Shown: positions 37,710-51,358 of the stretch, one piece after another
How the letters are laid out: every line of letters starts with the position of its first letter
How positions within the stretch are numbered: the first letter of the stretch is position 1
NCBI GenBank assembly: GCA_013115125.1
Contig: JABANN010000195.1
Span: forward strand, 1 to 54,459
Direction of reading: 5' to 3'
Origin: Perkinsus olseni
Taxonomy: Eukaryota
DNA: 54,459 nt
Notes under the pieces: model-generated
The model's database searches: none
What the model was told of the DNA's origin: nothing
The model's input: only the letters and a program-made list of their open reading frames with translations
Made by a program: the position numbers and the translations under genes

Positions 37710-39470
37710 ATGTCCGGCCATCAGAAGGCTGTCAACACCATCGCCTTTCGCCCGTCTAGACCTTTCAGAATCGCTACAGGTTGGCCACTCTCCAGGAGCT
37801 TGTCTGCTGGCGACTTAACTGGACTTAGGATCCGAGGATATGTGTGTGAATTTTTACGAGGGGCCTCCGTTCAAGTTCAAGATGCCTCACAACGGTGAGT
37901 AGCGAGTATGTCCAGTAGGCTACTGGCAGTAGCGTAGACCCCGAAGCCTCTCCCCATCAGGCAAGCACAGTAACTTCGTACAGGGGACACCCTTCAGGCC
38001 TAGTGGCCACCTTTTCCTCACCTGTGGCAGTGACGGCCTGGTCTATGAAGGTAACGAGCTCCCGAAGCGTCACCCGTGCAGTGGTCGAAGGTGGACGGGA
38101 GACTCTTAGAGTCTGACTCTACCATTCGCCTTCACTATAGGATTTTCACAATAAGTCCTACGGCTGCCGCACCGACCGCCGTGATCTCGTTTGTGTTGAA
38201 TGCAGACCCCCGCTGCCTCGGTACCTCACCCTCTGCCATTCGTAGCTATTCGACCCTCTGAGGCCCCAACCATCGTCTTTCAGGGTCCCCGCCGACTTTC
38301 GCTATGCCTTCCCCGAATTCCCTCGTACAGCGCTCTCCGTGGCCTGCCCCGATGACAAGGCTGTGGTTGTGACATACGCGTTTGACAAACAGTGCTTGTC
38401 AAACACGTATGATGCCTCTCTGATGCCCATACATCTCACAACACTACCAGGTCCGGTGCCTTCATCTAGGGCAGGAAGCTTCCACTCTGACTCGGGACGT
38501 TGAGGTCGGCAAGGATCTCGGAGACCAACAGATTTGCGTCGCGGTAAGCAGCACTGCGTCGGCTTCCCCCGGCAAGTGCCTGATGTCAGGCGGCTGGCAA
38601 GGACTCAGTCATCACTGCTTGCCTCGATGGTCGGTTGATAAAGTGGAGCGTATCCGATGGGCAGCTCATTGAGGCGATCGTTGGAAGCAGCGGCAAGGTA
38701 CACTGATTGGGCTCTATCATGACGGAGGAAGCTCCATAGGATCCAACTCCTATCGAAGTTGTCGAGGTCTATCAGGGCATTTTCCCATTCACTCGAGGCA
38801 GGTCTGCAGCCTAGCTATCAAGCCTCAGAGGAGCAGCGTGATCTGGACCTCTACGGATTCCACCGTGCATGAGTGGAAGCTTGAAAATCATGAAGTCGTC
38901 TGGTAGTCACCCATGAGTCTGCGCAGAGAATACCGCACCTTTCCAGCATCGCGAGGGGCATCCGTTCCTCGGCCGGAGTTCTCTATCACGGCTGCAGCTC
39001 GGGTTGGCCTGTGATGGTGGATAAGGCCGGTACCGTGCTGCAAGGGATGACCAGGCTGGGACAGGTGTCTATGCGCGGGGGGGGGAGGGGCAAGTCCAGA
39101 GGAGCTACTCGGTCAGATCCCCGATGCCTCCCAGTTGTTGGGGTTTTCGGAAGGCTCGCCTATCCTGTTCCTACCCATCCCAGTGTAGTGGCAGGAGTGC
39201 AGCAGGCCGGCATTAAGTGCATCGTGTACGGCATTAGGCTGTGGAATACGTGAATACTGGGCTGCTCACCTATAGATGGAACAACAGCGCTCATGCTTGC
39301 TGCGGTTCTCTCGGGATGAGAAGCACCTCGCCGCCGTTGACGGTGAGGCGCGAACCGGCGTTCTCCCGAGGAGGGTAGTTGAGCGAATGCCGCCCTTTCC
39401 GGCAGGTTCGGTGAGTGTCATCTCTACGCTGACTGCCACAAGGACGGCGTCACATGCGTTAGATGGTTAG
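37710..39470 (+). pseudogene. WD40 actin-interacting protein 1 (AIP1/WDR1)-like, 5'-truncated and probably degenerate; end approximate
   Basis: SGHQKAVNTIAFRPSRPFRIATG|SEDMCVNFYEGPPFKFK..|KHSNFV. No N-terminal exons are visible because the repeat element lies directly upstream. Confidence 0.65.
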
Positions 39471-40258
39471 ATGACGGAACACTGGTGATCCACACTCCAG
39501 TGGTTGGGGCTCGTCTTTGCGCTGGTGGAATCTTAGCTTCACTCAGGCGACCGGCGGAGGAGATGGTTTCATACGGTTATGGAAGATTTAGTGAATTCAT
39601 GTTTCCTATGCAGACTGGTGTAATTGGTTCACAGACTTCCTCAATGGAGATCGGCCGCACTGCTGGCGCCGATGGGAAAGACGCACGCTTAGGAAGGGTG
39701 GAGCCCTTCTGATGCATTTCTCTGGCTTTGTGAAACCCCGTCAGCACGAAGCACAGTGTTGTAAGCGTGCTTGTTATAAGAACTATTCGATCGTTCATCT
39801 CCTCGTCGAGAAGTTCTCGAGGATTCCATGGACAGGAAAGGTTAGTTTGCGACTCCAACTCTGTTGCGCCGTGACTGTGAATGAAGGACAGTACCGTTCA
39901 CAAAATAACAAACGCCATCGGTTCGCCTAGAACAGGCTCGTCCGAATATGATTCCTCACAAGAGAGCTTGGCATCTAAACAACACAACATAGAGGGAGTG
40001 AATGAATCAGTCAAGAATCTTGGAAAAGTCGTGGACATGACTTTCGCTCGAGTTTTGAGTTGATAGCAACAACAATACAGACAGCAAGCGCCTGCATCAT
40101 AACGAGACTGATGAAGAATGAATGTATGACAATGCCGACTCATAGTAGTTGCCTTCATAAAATGACAGATTTAACGCAAACTGATGAAGGCCTTGAAACC
40201 CTTGAGTCTCTGACAGTTAGGAGTTCACAAGAAAAGGATGATCATCTCATTCTGACAT

Positions 40259-41796
40259 TCATGCTGGTATGGGGTAGCTCGGATCCAGCAGGATGCCACA
40301 CACTCCTGAGAGCAAGGATGAGACAGCGGTGCAAGACGGGACTAGAGGTCCAGTATCCGATCTTGGAGCTCACCCTCAGCGGAGTCGTCTATAGCGATCT
40401 TGATGTACCCTTTCTCTCCCCAACCTGTGCCCCAAGAGTTCTTCACGAGGTAGTAGCTGAACAGGGCGATAGCCATCCGGAGGGCATCCGAGTGAAGAAG
40501 GTCAGCTCACGGCTTATCAGTCCCCATGTCGTAGCCCACTGCGAGTACACCGTGATTGGTGGCGAGCGAACATCCAGCTAAAGCGAGTGAGGCGTCTCAA
40601 CCACCCCAATAGGAGCAGTAGCAGTCTACAATCTAGAACTCCCTTGCCATAATGTTGAAATGCTTCAGACATCCCATCAAGGGCGACACTTACTGGGCCA
40701 ATGCGAGCCACTGCGGCTAGGAGGGAGGACTTCGACTTGGGCTTCATATTAATGTGGCTGATGGAATGGCTCTGGACAGAGGATGGCGCTTCGTCCAGCG
40801 TTCGACTGCTGCTGAAGGAGCGCAGCACGGCTCACTTTAATAACATCCTTCTTGGCATTTCTAGTACAGGGAAATGTCGGCGGTATACAACCAGGTGAGA
40901 AGTTGGGGCAAATCGATGTGTACGGGTAATCCTTCTCCGCACCGAGCCCATGGTCTTCTACATAGCGGAAGGATTCCTTCATAAATCCTCCCCAACATCC
41001 GCTAAGGCGAACGCAATCGTCTTTAGTGAATACGTGAAGAGACCCACTAGTTGCCAGTCGCGGCTGCAGTCGATAAGCTCTTCCTCAGAAAGCGACACCA
41101 GCTCACCAGAGACGTTCTTGTGGAGACCCTCGAGCGCGCCTGTGAAAGGAGGAAGCGATGAATACACTGCGTTCACCATAGCGAATGCATGAGGCTTCTC
41201 ACCGGTGGCTGAAAAGGCCCAGCAGCTACCACAGTTAGTTTGGTCCTTGACACCTGTGACCCAGCCTTTGGCAACATAGTTGACAGACTTCGGGAGCTCC
41301 TCGGTAGACCCGCTGAACTCCTCCATGTTAGCTGCGGTTCCTGAAGGGCGAAGTCCTGGACGTTTGCTTGAGTGTATGCTACCAAGGGGTCGTTGCGATG
41401 AGAATCTTGAAGATTTTCCGAACATGGTCTCCTTGAACTCAGCATTGGTGAGATGAGCGAATGGACCTATCTTGAGCGTGTAGGAAAGACCTGAACAGTT
41501 CAAGCTAAACCAGCATTGTCATTCCGGGAGAAGGTGCTGATCTTGTTTCACCTTTCGCATTCTCGATGTCTATATAGCGGAGATTGTCATCAAACACCGC
41601 CATTCGATAATCATCATCGTCTCCGAAGTCATGCCCGAAGCTGAGATCGAAAGCTCGCCGTGAAGAGGAGCAACGGCAACAGAGGACTGTACGCTTATCA
41701 CCGCTTTTTGTAGGCGTCGAACTTTTCCTTTACCTCGGCGACAGTGTATCCGCCCGCGAGGACCCCGAGGAGCAGGTAGGAGAGACAAAACAACAT
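40259..41796 (-). CDS. Cathepsin L-like papain-family (C1A) cysteine protease precursor, multi-exon
   Basis: Signal [76 protein letters not shown]. Confidence 0.9.
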
Positions 41797-43250
41797 GTTG
41801 GCGTTGAACGCAGCTGTTGATGTCACGACATAACAGCCGCGTAAAACCTCCTGTTCTCGCGAGAACCCAAACAGTTTAGGTTAAGCCAGGCATGGACGCG
41901 TATGTGTTGCACTAGCGTGCATGCCATGTTGCACTGCAAGTTCACGAGGGGGACACTCTGTGCTGAAAACAGTTAGGCGGAATGTATCAGTCCATCCCCA
42001 TCTTGAGTAGGCGCAACACGTGGAGGCATGGACGGAAAAGCACCAAAATGATACTACCGTAACACTATCCTCAAAGACTCGGAATAAATAAGGAAATACA
42101 AGGACTGATGGTCACAGACCAATCATGCGCTACGCTATGCGCATGCGTGCTCACTACTATCGCACTCGCTGTTAGGCGACATTGTGTACCAACTCAGAAT
42201 GAATCATTCTGAGACGCGAAATCTTGTGCAATAGTCCGAGCTTGGCAGTCTCAATACTTGCCTCATCATGTGCGCATTGCAATATTGATTGTATTCGCGT
42301 TACCTCGCGAGCCGCGATTGGCCCCGCCAGCCAGCCAGGCAGTTGCAGGTTGCGGCTTTGAAAGCAGAGCCTTCTCTTCCTCCAGAATGCCTTGAGCAGC
42401 TCAAGTCGAGCTGATCCTCTGAAACCGAGCGCCGAGACAGACAGTACGAGCTCACCACGTCCTCGCCTGCCCAGAGATGGAGTTTCCTTCAGAAACGGGA
42501 GAGAAAGAGCCTGGGCAGGAGTATACATTGTGAGGTTGCACAATAAGGGGACATGGGTGTGCGTGCTACTTCGTCGAAACTTTGCAAACTCTTGTTAGTA
42601 ACCGGTTTCACTCTTAGTTGCAAGCGAGAGGTTTATACGATAGGTTAATGTAGCTGACAATGTCAACCACATTAACGGTCATTAATGTCACCTTGACATC
42701 TTGCGTTCTTCCTCTTCCATCCCACCCCGCCCGTGCAGGCTGAGTCTAATTCTGCTCCCGTACGTCGTCCGTTGTTCATCGCATTGTCTTACGTTACCCG
42801 TCGTGAGAGCAGGTAGTCACCGTGTTGCGGTGGTTTCGGCACTGCCGCATCGACGGTCGATGCTTCGCTCTTTCGCTTCAGGCGTTCGACGGTGAAAGCA
42901 TTGCGTCTGACGCAGTCCCACACTTATCATCATATTATGATCGCAGTGCCATAGGCGAAATGCTTAGGAATGGCACCGAGAAGATAGTGTAGGGATCTTG
43001 ATACTTCGTGATACCTCAGTCTGTCAGAGTTCTAAGTTTATTTGATTCATTTGACGTTATGACGCTTCGTAGTTCATTTCTCGGTACACTAGTTTCTCAC
43101 CTCCTCTCTCCTCTTGGCAGCAGCCTGCTGCCAGCAGGCATGGGAGCGAATGAGCTATACGTCCGTGTCGCGTATACTAGACAAAGCAAAAGTCATGAGA
43201 GCACACTTCTCGCCGAATATCAGAAGATCTATCCACCAAGACGGCCTGTG

Positions 43251-43409
43251 TGATGCATCGCAAGATGCGCCAAGATACTCGTATCTTGAAACGGCTGTCA
43301 GCATGAAACGGTGTAGCTGAGGTTCGATTGAAAGCCAAACTATAAAACTTTTGTCCCCTTGACCTTTGATCTATGTTGATATGTGACTAATCCTCCTAAA
43401 GCGGATGAC
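43251..43409 (+). repeat. Dispersed ~160-bp repeat, copy 2
   Basis: Matches 36551-36709. Confidence 0.9.
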
Positions 43410-43800
43410 CCCGACGATTCCGCGCATTCTACCGGGATCAAAACTAGGCACCCACCACGCTTAGGTCCTGAAGGCTCTCTACGAGTCGTAGAGAAGCCGC
43501 AAAGGTCGTAGCCGCCGAGGAGAGAAGGTCCATCCATCCCCGCCGGGGATGGATGAAAGCCATGAAAGCCATGGGGCAAAGAAATCGCCCCATTGTGTAC
43601 ATATTTGAGTGCGCGTCATCGGAGCAGTAAAGGCTGAAGAGCAACTGGTGAATATAGACGACACGTCGGAGTGCCACAATTTGGTGCCAATCGCAATGTA
43701 GGAGAGTAGTACTCTCAGAGTACCAACCACAGAAGTCAATGGCGCAGAGGCGCAGTACCAAAGACACGGGTGGCGCAGAGCATAGCTGTCTCGGTCTTTC

Positions 43801-44577
43801 TTAAACCTTGACGAGAAGTAAGGGAGCTCCTTCAAACCACGTTAAGATAGTTCTCGCATTAACGAAGACTATCTCGTAGAAGTCCTCCACACCCGTGTCT
43901 TTGATCGGGCAGTAGCCCTCCTTTACGAAATCACGAAAGGTTTTCACAGATGCCTTTCCGATAGCACGGTAGTTTTCCACTTCGTCGCCAGACTCTAATA
44001 ATCGAGTCACCTCGAATTCTGCGCTGACACCACGAGTCCCTTCGCAACTCATGCGAATGACTATGTACCCATAGTCTTTAGCAGCATCAAACCGCCTATC
44101 GCTTTCGTGAACATCAAAAGTTATTTGGCGATAGGGAGGCACAGTCTCCTTGTAGTGGAACGTACCTGGAATCCGCGCGTCCGATCCCCCCCTTTCGAGA
44201 GTGAGGGTTTGACCTTGGAACCTCGTAGAGAAAGAGTGAGGGTCGTTGAAAGTGAGAGTGGCTAGGTCGCCAAAGACAAACTCAGCACCTGGATGAACCT
44301 CAGCTATTCTACCAAGGAAAGTAACAAGTTCTTGACCAGCCTCAACTGTGGAGGCGATGCGGAAAACTTCAGGCCCGCCGGTGAGTGGGAATCGAGGGCT
44401 CACGACTTCTGTATCGGTATCCCAGTCATAGAAGAGCAACTGGGCTTCGCCATTGCGATACAGTTCGTAATTTAGCTCATAATCACCATGGTCGAAGTAG
44501 AAGTATCCAACGGGCTGGAATGCCGAAGACACTAGCACTTGAGACACGATTAACCAAGTCGGAGGGAGGTAAACCAT
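43801..44577 (-). CDS. Intronless secreted hypothetical protein (lineage-specific family)
   Basis: 258-aa ORF with a signal-like N-terminus. Shares G.F.Y, GDL.TLT...SFST.F and PG.F.Y.E motifs with 48196-49013. Confidence 0.75.
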   Translation of the reverse strand: MVYLPPTWLIVSQVLVSSAFQPVGYFYFDHGDYELNYELYRNGEAQLLFYDWDTDTEVVSPRFPLTGGPEVFRIASTVEAGQELVTFLGRIAEVHPGAEFVFGDLATLTFNDPHSFSTRFQGQTLTLERGGSDARIPGTFHYKETVPPYRQITFDVHESDRRFDAAKDYGYIVIRMSCEGTRGVSAEFEVTRLLESGDEVENYRAIGKASVKTFRDFVKEGYCPIKDTGVEDFYEIVFVNARTILTWFEGAPLLLVKV

Positions 44578-44798
44578 TAGAAGGGAGTTGGTCCAATGAA
44601 CAACCTAAATGAGAGCTAGCTAATCAAAACCGCCTCACGAAACGACCCATGACTAATAACAGGCCCACCTCGAATTGACCTTCTGTGGGGACAGAGCAGA
44701 TCACCCGCCTGCTCCGATGAAATGCGGCTGGAAACTGTGACGCCCCAAGGGCGTCGCCCTCATGTAGTGACAGCGTCCTCGTGACGATCTATGCGCTC

Positions 44799-45065
44799 TC
44801 AGGACGCACGTAGAATGAAGAAGCCGTGAGTGTGATACACGGCACCCGGGATAAGGGCAACGACACTTTTGACGTAAGAGTCAAACTGTCGGATTATATC
44901 ATCTGTGAGGTTGAGAGTGTGAACGCCAGGCTCTTGAGGACCCACGAGTGGGAATCGGCGACTCTCGACGACCGACGATATATCACCACTCAAGGATACA
45001 GTGGTGGTATACTTGACCAGGTCAAGTTGACCTCACCCTTCTCATTCACATCTCAAACCATTTGG
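44799..45065 (-). pseudogene. Fragment of the same secreted-protein family
   Basis: MVWDVNEKGEVNL...*...VESRRFPLVG parallels TYEVNEDHEV and VVSPRFPLTG in the paralogues; interrupted by a stop. Confidence 0.45.
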
Positions 45066-48000
45066 TAAGAATTCGTATGGTGAATGAAGACGCCGAAGTA
45101 CGGAGCTGTCGAAAATGCTTGCGCTTGAGAGGCGATCGACAAAGTCAGGAAAAAGGAAACCATAAGAAGGGGCTGCCTCGGAAAACTCCCGAGAACAAGA
45201 GCCGCTTGATCAAAGAGGCCTTACCAAGCAAGGCCGCATGTCTCGAGCAACATTCTACAGTTTCTAATGACCTGCTTGGTGATGGCCTGAGGCCACTTTA
45301 TGTCTCCCTGATCAAATGTACTATAGCTCAGCACAGTGCGGCTCCATTGTCAGCTGAGAAGCTAGCTATGTTCGCTAGCGTGATCTACAGCGCATGCACA
45401 TGCACGCAAGTTGAAGTGCGAAAGAGCATCCAGTGAATGGGGAGCCCTATGGCCTGATTATCCGCGGCAGCGAAGGTAGTAGTAGCATTAGGTTCTGCGA
45501 GCACAACAAGTACCTGTCGGGGTTCTGTGTGTGTTGTTGCTCAGCCAACCCTAATCATTATGCTAAGCCAAACCCGCCATTTGCATGCGTGCAAGCTTCT
45601 AGCACGTATGCAAAAAGCGAGTTTGGACCCCCAATTTCAGGTCGCCCCGCCTTCTACTTCTACAGTCTCATCAAGCGACTGTTGCTTCTCCACTGCTGTT
45701 CATGGACAACGCAGGCAGGGAAGGAGTGTGAGAATCTCTGTCAGGGGCTTACTACCTCGCGAGGGATAAGCTATGCACGCATGTACAAGGCGGAGCGTGG
45801 TTGTAGCGGGGTTCATGTACCCCAATTGCAGGCGTTCCATACAGGCGCTTTCTTTCATTATAAAAGAAAACGGTGTGGAACGCCTGGAGAAGTAACGCCT
45901 GCCGTATGAAAGTTTTATACATATAATGGTGAATAACCCCACAACAAGATGCTTAGCGTGCGGCAAAAACATCAACGTACACAGTAAAAACGCACACATT
46001 AGGCGCCATCTCCGGCAGACGAAGAGGAGCAGCTGAATCACGAAGGAGTGGAAGATGATATCCTGCAGGATGAGGCTCCCAATGGGGGCCCCCATTGTGA
46101 GGAATCATGATGATAATGATAGTGATACTAGCAACATTCAAATAATAGGAGAAAGTCCTCCGATAAACGAGGATGGTATGAGTGGGGTGTTGGGCTCGTG
46201 GGCTTCCGAATTTAGGATTCTTCATTCCACACTTCGGTGGCCCCACGAATAATGTTGTACCGGCCCGGGCCCCGGGCCGGCGGCTCCTAGTGTACCATCC
46301 GTTTCCGGCGGAAACTTCCCGTTTAGGACGCTTCCAGCGATTCCTCGGAAATGAGCGCAACGTCAGTTGCCACTGAGAAATCCAATCCTTATGGCATCTA
46401 TGCCACAAGTCATAGAGTCCGACTCAGTTTAACTGAGTGTTCGTCTGTTTCTGTCTTCAACTGTAACAGACGGCCACTGTAGTTGCGCCTTAAAATAGAG
46501 CCAATTCGTGTTGAAGGTTTCAACGTGGAATACGAGTAAATCGCTTAGCATCCCGTTTTATCATCTGGGTTCACTCCAGTGGAGTGGCCACTAACTGGGT
46601 CGGTGGATCTCTCTCGTCTCAGTTGTGCTATGAGCAGCCTATCAACATTGTCACGGACTGTGGACATCGTTCCGCTTGTTTAGCCTGTTTCGAAAAAAGC
46701 TCTGGGCAACTAGTACTGATGCGGTGGGGGTTGTTCGGACACTCACGAATCGGTCAGAGAGGACGGGTGATACCTAAACCACTCACCGTGATCATGCACT
46801 GTCAGCTCGTACAGGGCCCATCATTCCTAGAGTTATTAACGAAGCTCGCATTGGGCCAACCTTTGTGTTGTAGTATACGGGTCCGCAAGTAGTGGCCTAA
46901 ATTAGGCCGCCTAATGTCACATTAGTAATGTGGAAGTCGCATTGATTTGAAGGAGATCCCATATTCGACGTCCTGACTAAGATCCTGTATCGCTTTCCCA
47001 AGAATAGCGGGTCCCGATAATCGGGGAGTAGACCCGTACCTAGGAAGTGGTCCACTCCAAGTGGAAGAGTGCGTCATCTACGCTTCCGTGTAATGCTCGT
47101 TGCTGCTCGTGTGACAACATTCTTGTGTTACACGAGTTGTATGCAACTGCATACAACCAAGTTCAGCACCCGAAACTGCGTTTCGAGCTTCAATAAAAGT
47201 CTTCAAAAGAGCAAGTCAGTGTCTTCAAGTCTTTCCATCTCGAGTCTTCAAAGCCTTCAACCTTCAAATGGGTCCCCGCAACCATCGACCCATCAAATAT
47301 TTGGTCGTCCGGGACGACTCGTCCCGCTTCGTCACCGTGACGAAACAGGCCTCGGAGTCTTGTGGTACACCACGGAAGGACGGTCCTTCCGAAGTCACCT
47401 CGGAGCTCGCTGGAAGTAACACGAAAGCTCTGCTATCGCACTTTCTGAGGGCGAAGTGCAGTACGGGTTGTACTGTACTTCGCCGTACAGTGTACAGCAT
47501 TCAGTACAAAGGATAGCCCTAATCGCATGTCGCTCGTGGCTACGTGCGCCAAACTGAATCACTGGACTATGGTTGGAGTTGCTCAGCTGCTGAGCCTCAG
47601 CAACTGTTGCTGTGAACTATCCCATTGTCAGAAATGTTGGTGTCAACAACGAAACCCGGTGAGGATCGCTAGTTGCGTCGTCAACATTCTATTTGAACGG
47701 TTTGGAATCTTACGATTCCATGAGAAAAGCTTATACGGCCATCACATTATAGATCATTAACGTGACCTCGGTAGGTCCACGTAATGAATAAAAAAAGGAT
47801 GCCTTCAAGGCATTGCCTTGTGTCCGCGGACACACGATGCTCCATCTCAGCACAGTGCCACATGGCAACCATATGCTAAGGTACAAGGAAGAAAGTGAAT
47901 GACAAGTGAAAGGACGGAGAAAGCGAGACTATTGACGTCAACCGAACGTTTAAATCCTAACTTAGGATTCTAAAACCTCGTCGGACGCAACGTACGATAG

Positions 48001-48195
48001 GATGCGATACTAGATAGGATTACCCGATACAACCTATCCGGCAAGTTGGTGTAAAAATTGCCTGCGCCGAGATTAGCAAAGAACCGGGTTCTTCGAACCC
48101 CTCGGCAGTAGGTTTTGAGAAAATCATTAACCGGATGATATTAGCGGTAGGACCCATCGGCAGCGACGGCGTCGCTGCGACGCTTGAAATTCGGA

Positions 48196-49013
48196 CTATT
48201 CAGTCCTTGTGAGAGCCCTGCGCTGGCCTCCGAATGGGATGAAGATCGTTCTCTCGGTGGCCACGACCACTCGTGATAGGTCGACGCTGCTCAAGTATTG
48301 GCTTGGGCAAACAGACCTCACGTGCTGGAGGAGTTGATCCAAGGTACCCGTCCCAGCCGACTTTACAGCATAGTGGAAGTAGAGCAGACCAGAATTGCGG
48401 GCAGAAGGCTTGAAGCGGACAAGGAGAGTGCTCCTCGAATCACACCCAATCTGTATCTCCACAGTTTCATTGACGTGTATCCTATAACCTATGTACAGGT
48501 GAGAGTGCACAGGTTCATTGTATACAAATTTGCCTGGTATCAGGCTGCGCGTCACCCTCGAGAACAGAACCTCCTTTTTTCTGAAGCTAGTGGAGAAGGA
48601 GTCACCGCTCTTGTAAGTTAGCTTCGTCAAATCTCCAGGCAAAATACCAGCGGGCGGGTGGCTATCATCAGACTCGATCCAACCGGCGGCTATTAGATTA
48701 GTCCCGATGGACTCGTACCAATCATCGACGCTGGGTAGACCTTCCTTGAACTCTATGATATAGCTAAATCCTCCAACCCTCGACAGAGGGTATAGCCCGA
48801 AGAGGCAATCGACAGGCGCACGCGGGGGACGGTCAGGTCTGCCGTACTGTACGGCCCGTACACCAAGCAACGGACTTGAACTTCATGATCTTCGTTAACC
48901 TCGTACGTCATATGAAGCCCGCCCGCCCGGTAAATGAACGAGCCAACGTCTTGAGCCGTCGTGACAACCACAACTAATGCGACTATCACCCAAGTAGCAG
49001 CGAGGTTCATCAT
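48196..49013 (-). pseudogene. Secreted-family paralogue split by a frameshift near 48870 (or a sequencing error)
   Basis: The signal-peptide ORF 48753-49013 and the body ORF 48196-48870 overlap in different frames; both resemble 43801-44577. Confidence 0.6.
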
Positions 49014-51358
49014 TAGGAGTTTATCGACAAGACTTTCTATGAACTAACATGAACGAGACATGCAGGATCTGCATTGCAGACGAAGGCTGGCGACACAGTC
49101 CACAGGATACCTCAGAGAAGTCCTCCGAAAGGGCTCGCCTGAGCGCCCTGCTCTGCTTCAGGAATATTGACGCTCCTGAACTGTAGCGTATTCTTTGGAG
49201 CAGAACTCATTTACATCGTGACGCACGAGCACATTAGCTACCAGACATCGGATCATCAGCGCGCGCCTAATGCTGTCTAACCAGATACACCGAAAGCCTT
49301 TCGGCGAAGGGTAATAAGCCAGGAACAGGGGCGCCCCTGGAGACGTTGCGGGCTTCCAAATTGGAAGTTCCAATCTTCCATAGCTGGTAGATCCTCTGAA
49401 GACTAGTGAAATTTTCGTTCACGAGTATGCGATCTTGCTAAGATACCTATGTTATCGAAGTATGCCACGTGGTGACACGTGGGATATCACACGTGCGTAT
49501 TACAATATGCACGTATGTCACAAGCGTTGATACGATCTGGCAACTTCAGGCAGTGGCTGAATGACATAGGTCGGGGCCGAGCGGCTGCTAGACGAAGATT
49601 CCTCCTGGTCCAGGAGTCCTGGAAGATTCCTCTTTCATCTCAAGAGGCTCTTCGTGTTCGCTGTTCGTGGGGCCTCTCATTCGGTTCAGAAATTCGGACC
49701 CCTGGGACTCCATGCGAAGTCCTTGACGAAGGCTGAGACGCACGCTGTCACGCATGAAAGTGTCCTGACGTCCGGAAGAGCTTCTTCTGGACATTGAGAA
49801 ACGTGACCCGGGTCGGAGTCCGCCAACGATCAGGTCAAGAAAGTGATTTACCCTTCGAGACTCTCGAAGGGTACCAGGTGGCTGTCGAATCGAGAGACCC
49901 AGACCCTGAGAGCAACACGCCTTCTCAGGATCTTGGACTTCGAAGGGTAAATCATAGCGTATTCGGCAGATACGACGCATATTATTCTACTCATCATGGT
50001 GGCGGAAGCGTGGAATATCGGACTCCTCGGCTTATTCTGGCAAGGACTGGCAAGATTGCAGTCAAGAATTAGTCCAGAATGTTGTTTCAAAGATTCTCGA
50101 CCCTACTAGCTGGACAGTCCAGTGCAACACCGACTGTGGCACATTCACCGTACAGTGTACAGTGTACACACATATTACGCTGGCACAGTGTGTCAGAGCT
50201 TCTATAATATCATTCCGGACCACCCGGCGGGTGGCACCCGCCGGGTGACGTCCTTCGTTTCGATAAGTTCCCATACACAATGGACTGTCCATTGTCCATT
50301 ATGGACAATCGATTCACTACTGCCCCGAGGTTCAGGGATGATAGCGATGATGATGTGATCTACTATGAGAACCCCGCGTTCTCCCCATGCATTGGTTAAT
50401 CGAGAAAGCATTGAATCAGGACTACTTGGATCCTCCATCTCACTTTCATAGCTACATATCCGGAAGCCAATATTATCCTGAAGAGTAGCCTCCAGGGTTC
50501 TATGCCACCCGGATGGCTGTGTCTTTCTTGATTGGGACTTGATAGGCACATCACGAGATGATGTATTAGCAAGTTTAGACAAAGGCTATAGAATATTATC
50601 CGATGGATAAGTACAGGCCTCTGCTAGTAACAGGCTGTTACATCGACAGAGAGTCTTTGTCAGAGACACAAGCATCAGCGGCTGAGGCTCTACTGTTGAC
50701 TCAACAGTCAAGGCAATGGCTTCTCAAAGAAGGACCACAGCTTGGAGTCTTCAGCGACACCGTCGCTTCCTCGCAAGCGTCTTGTGCCTACCCCAAGGTA
50801 ATTATAGTGCCCGCTCTAGCTCAACAGCCAAAACAGTTGAGATACCAATCCGCCTGTTGCAAGAGGCTGAAATACTTTCTATGGGCAGGTCTGCCAAGGT
50901 TATAAACCCCATCGGACTGACCGGAACGATAAAATTTGAAATTCCTCATGAGCGCGACGAACTTCATCGGCGGCGTCACTCCGGCGCGGGGCATTATCTG
51001 AAATATAAAGGAAAATTATTGTCATAGTTCATCTGCATCATGTATTACTGGCTTCTCTCAACGAAGCCCTTAATCAGGTCAATGGAAATAAATACTCATT
51101 CCTCGATCCTCAAAGACTCATTAAATGTGGAATAAAGTGACTACAGAGCGTCGATGAACTAAAAAACCTCACTCAAGGAGGCTTCAGCAGTTGTTTGCAT
51201 CTTCTAATATTCTAAAGCAGCAGCGGAGATCAGAATCGGAGAGAACTTGAAATATTCTTTCGCCTGCCGGGGTGTTCCCGGTAGGGAGGCTCTCCGTGTA
51301 TTCAGAAATAGACTGGGCTAGCATGCCAGATTTCCCAGCTCCATCTCCAGCTGTCGCT

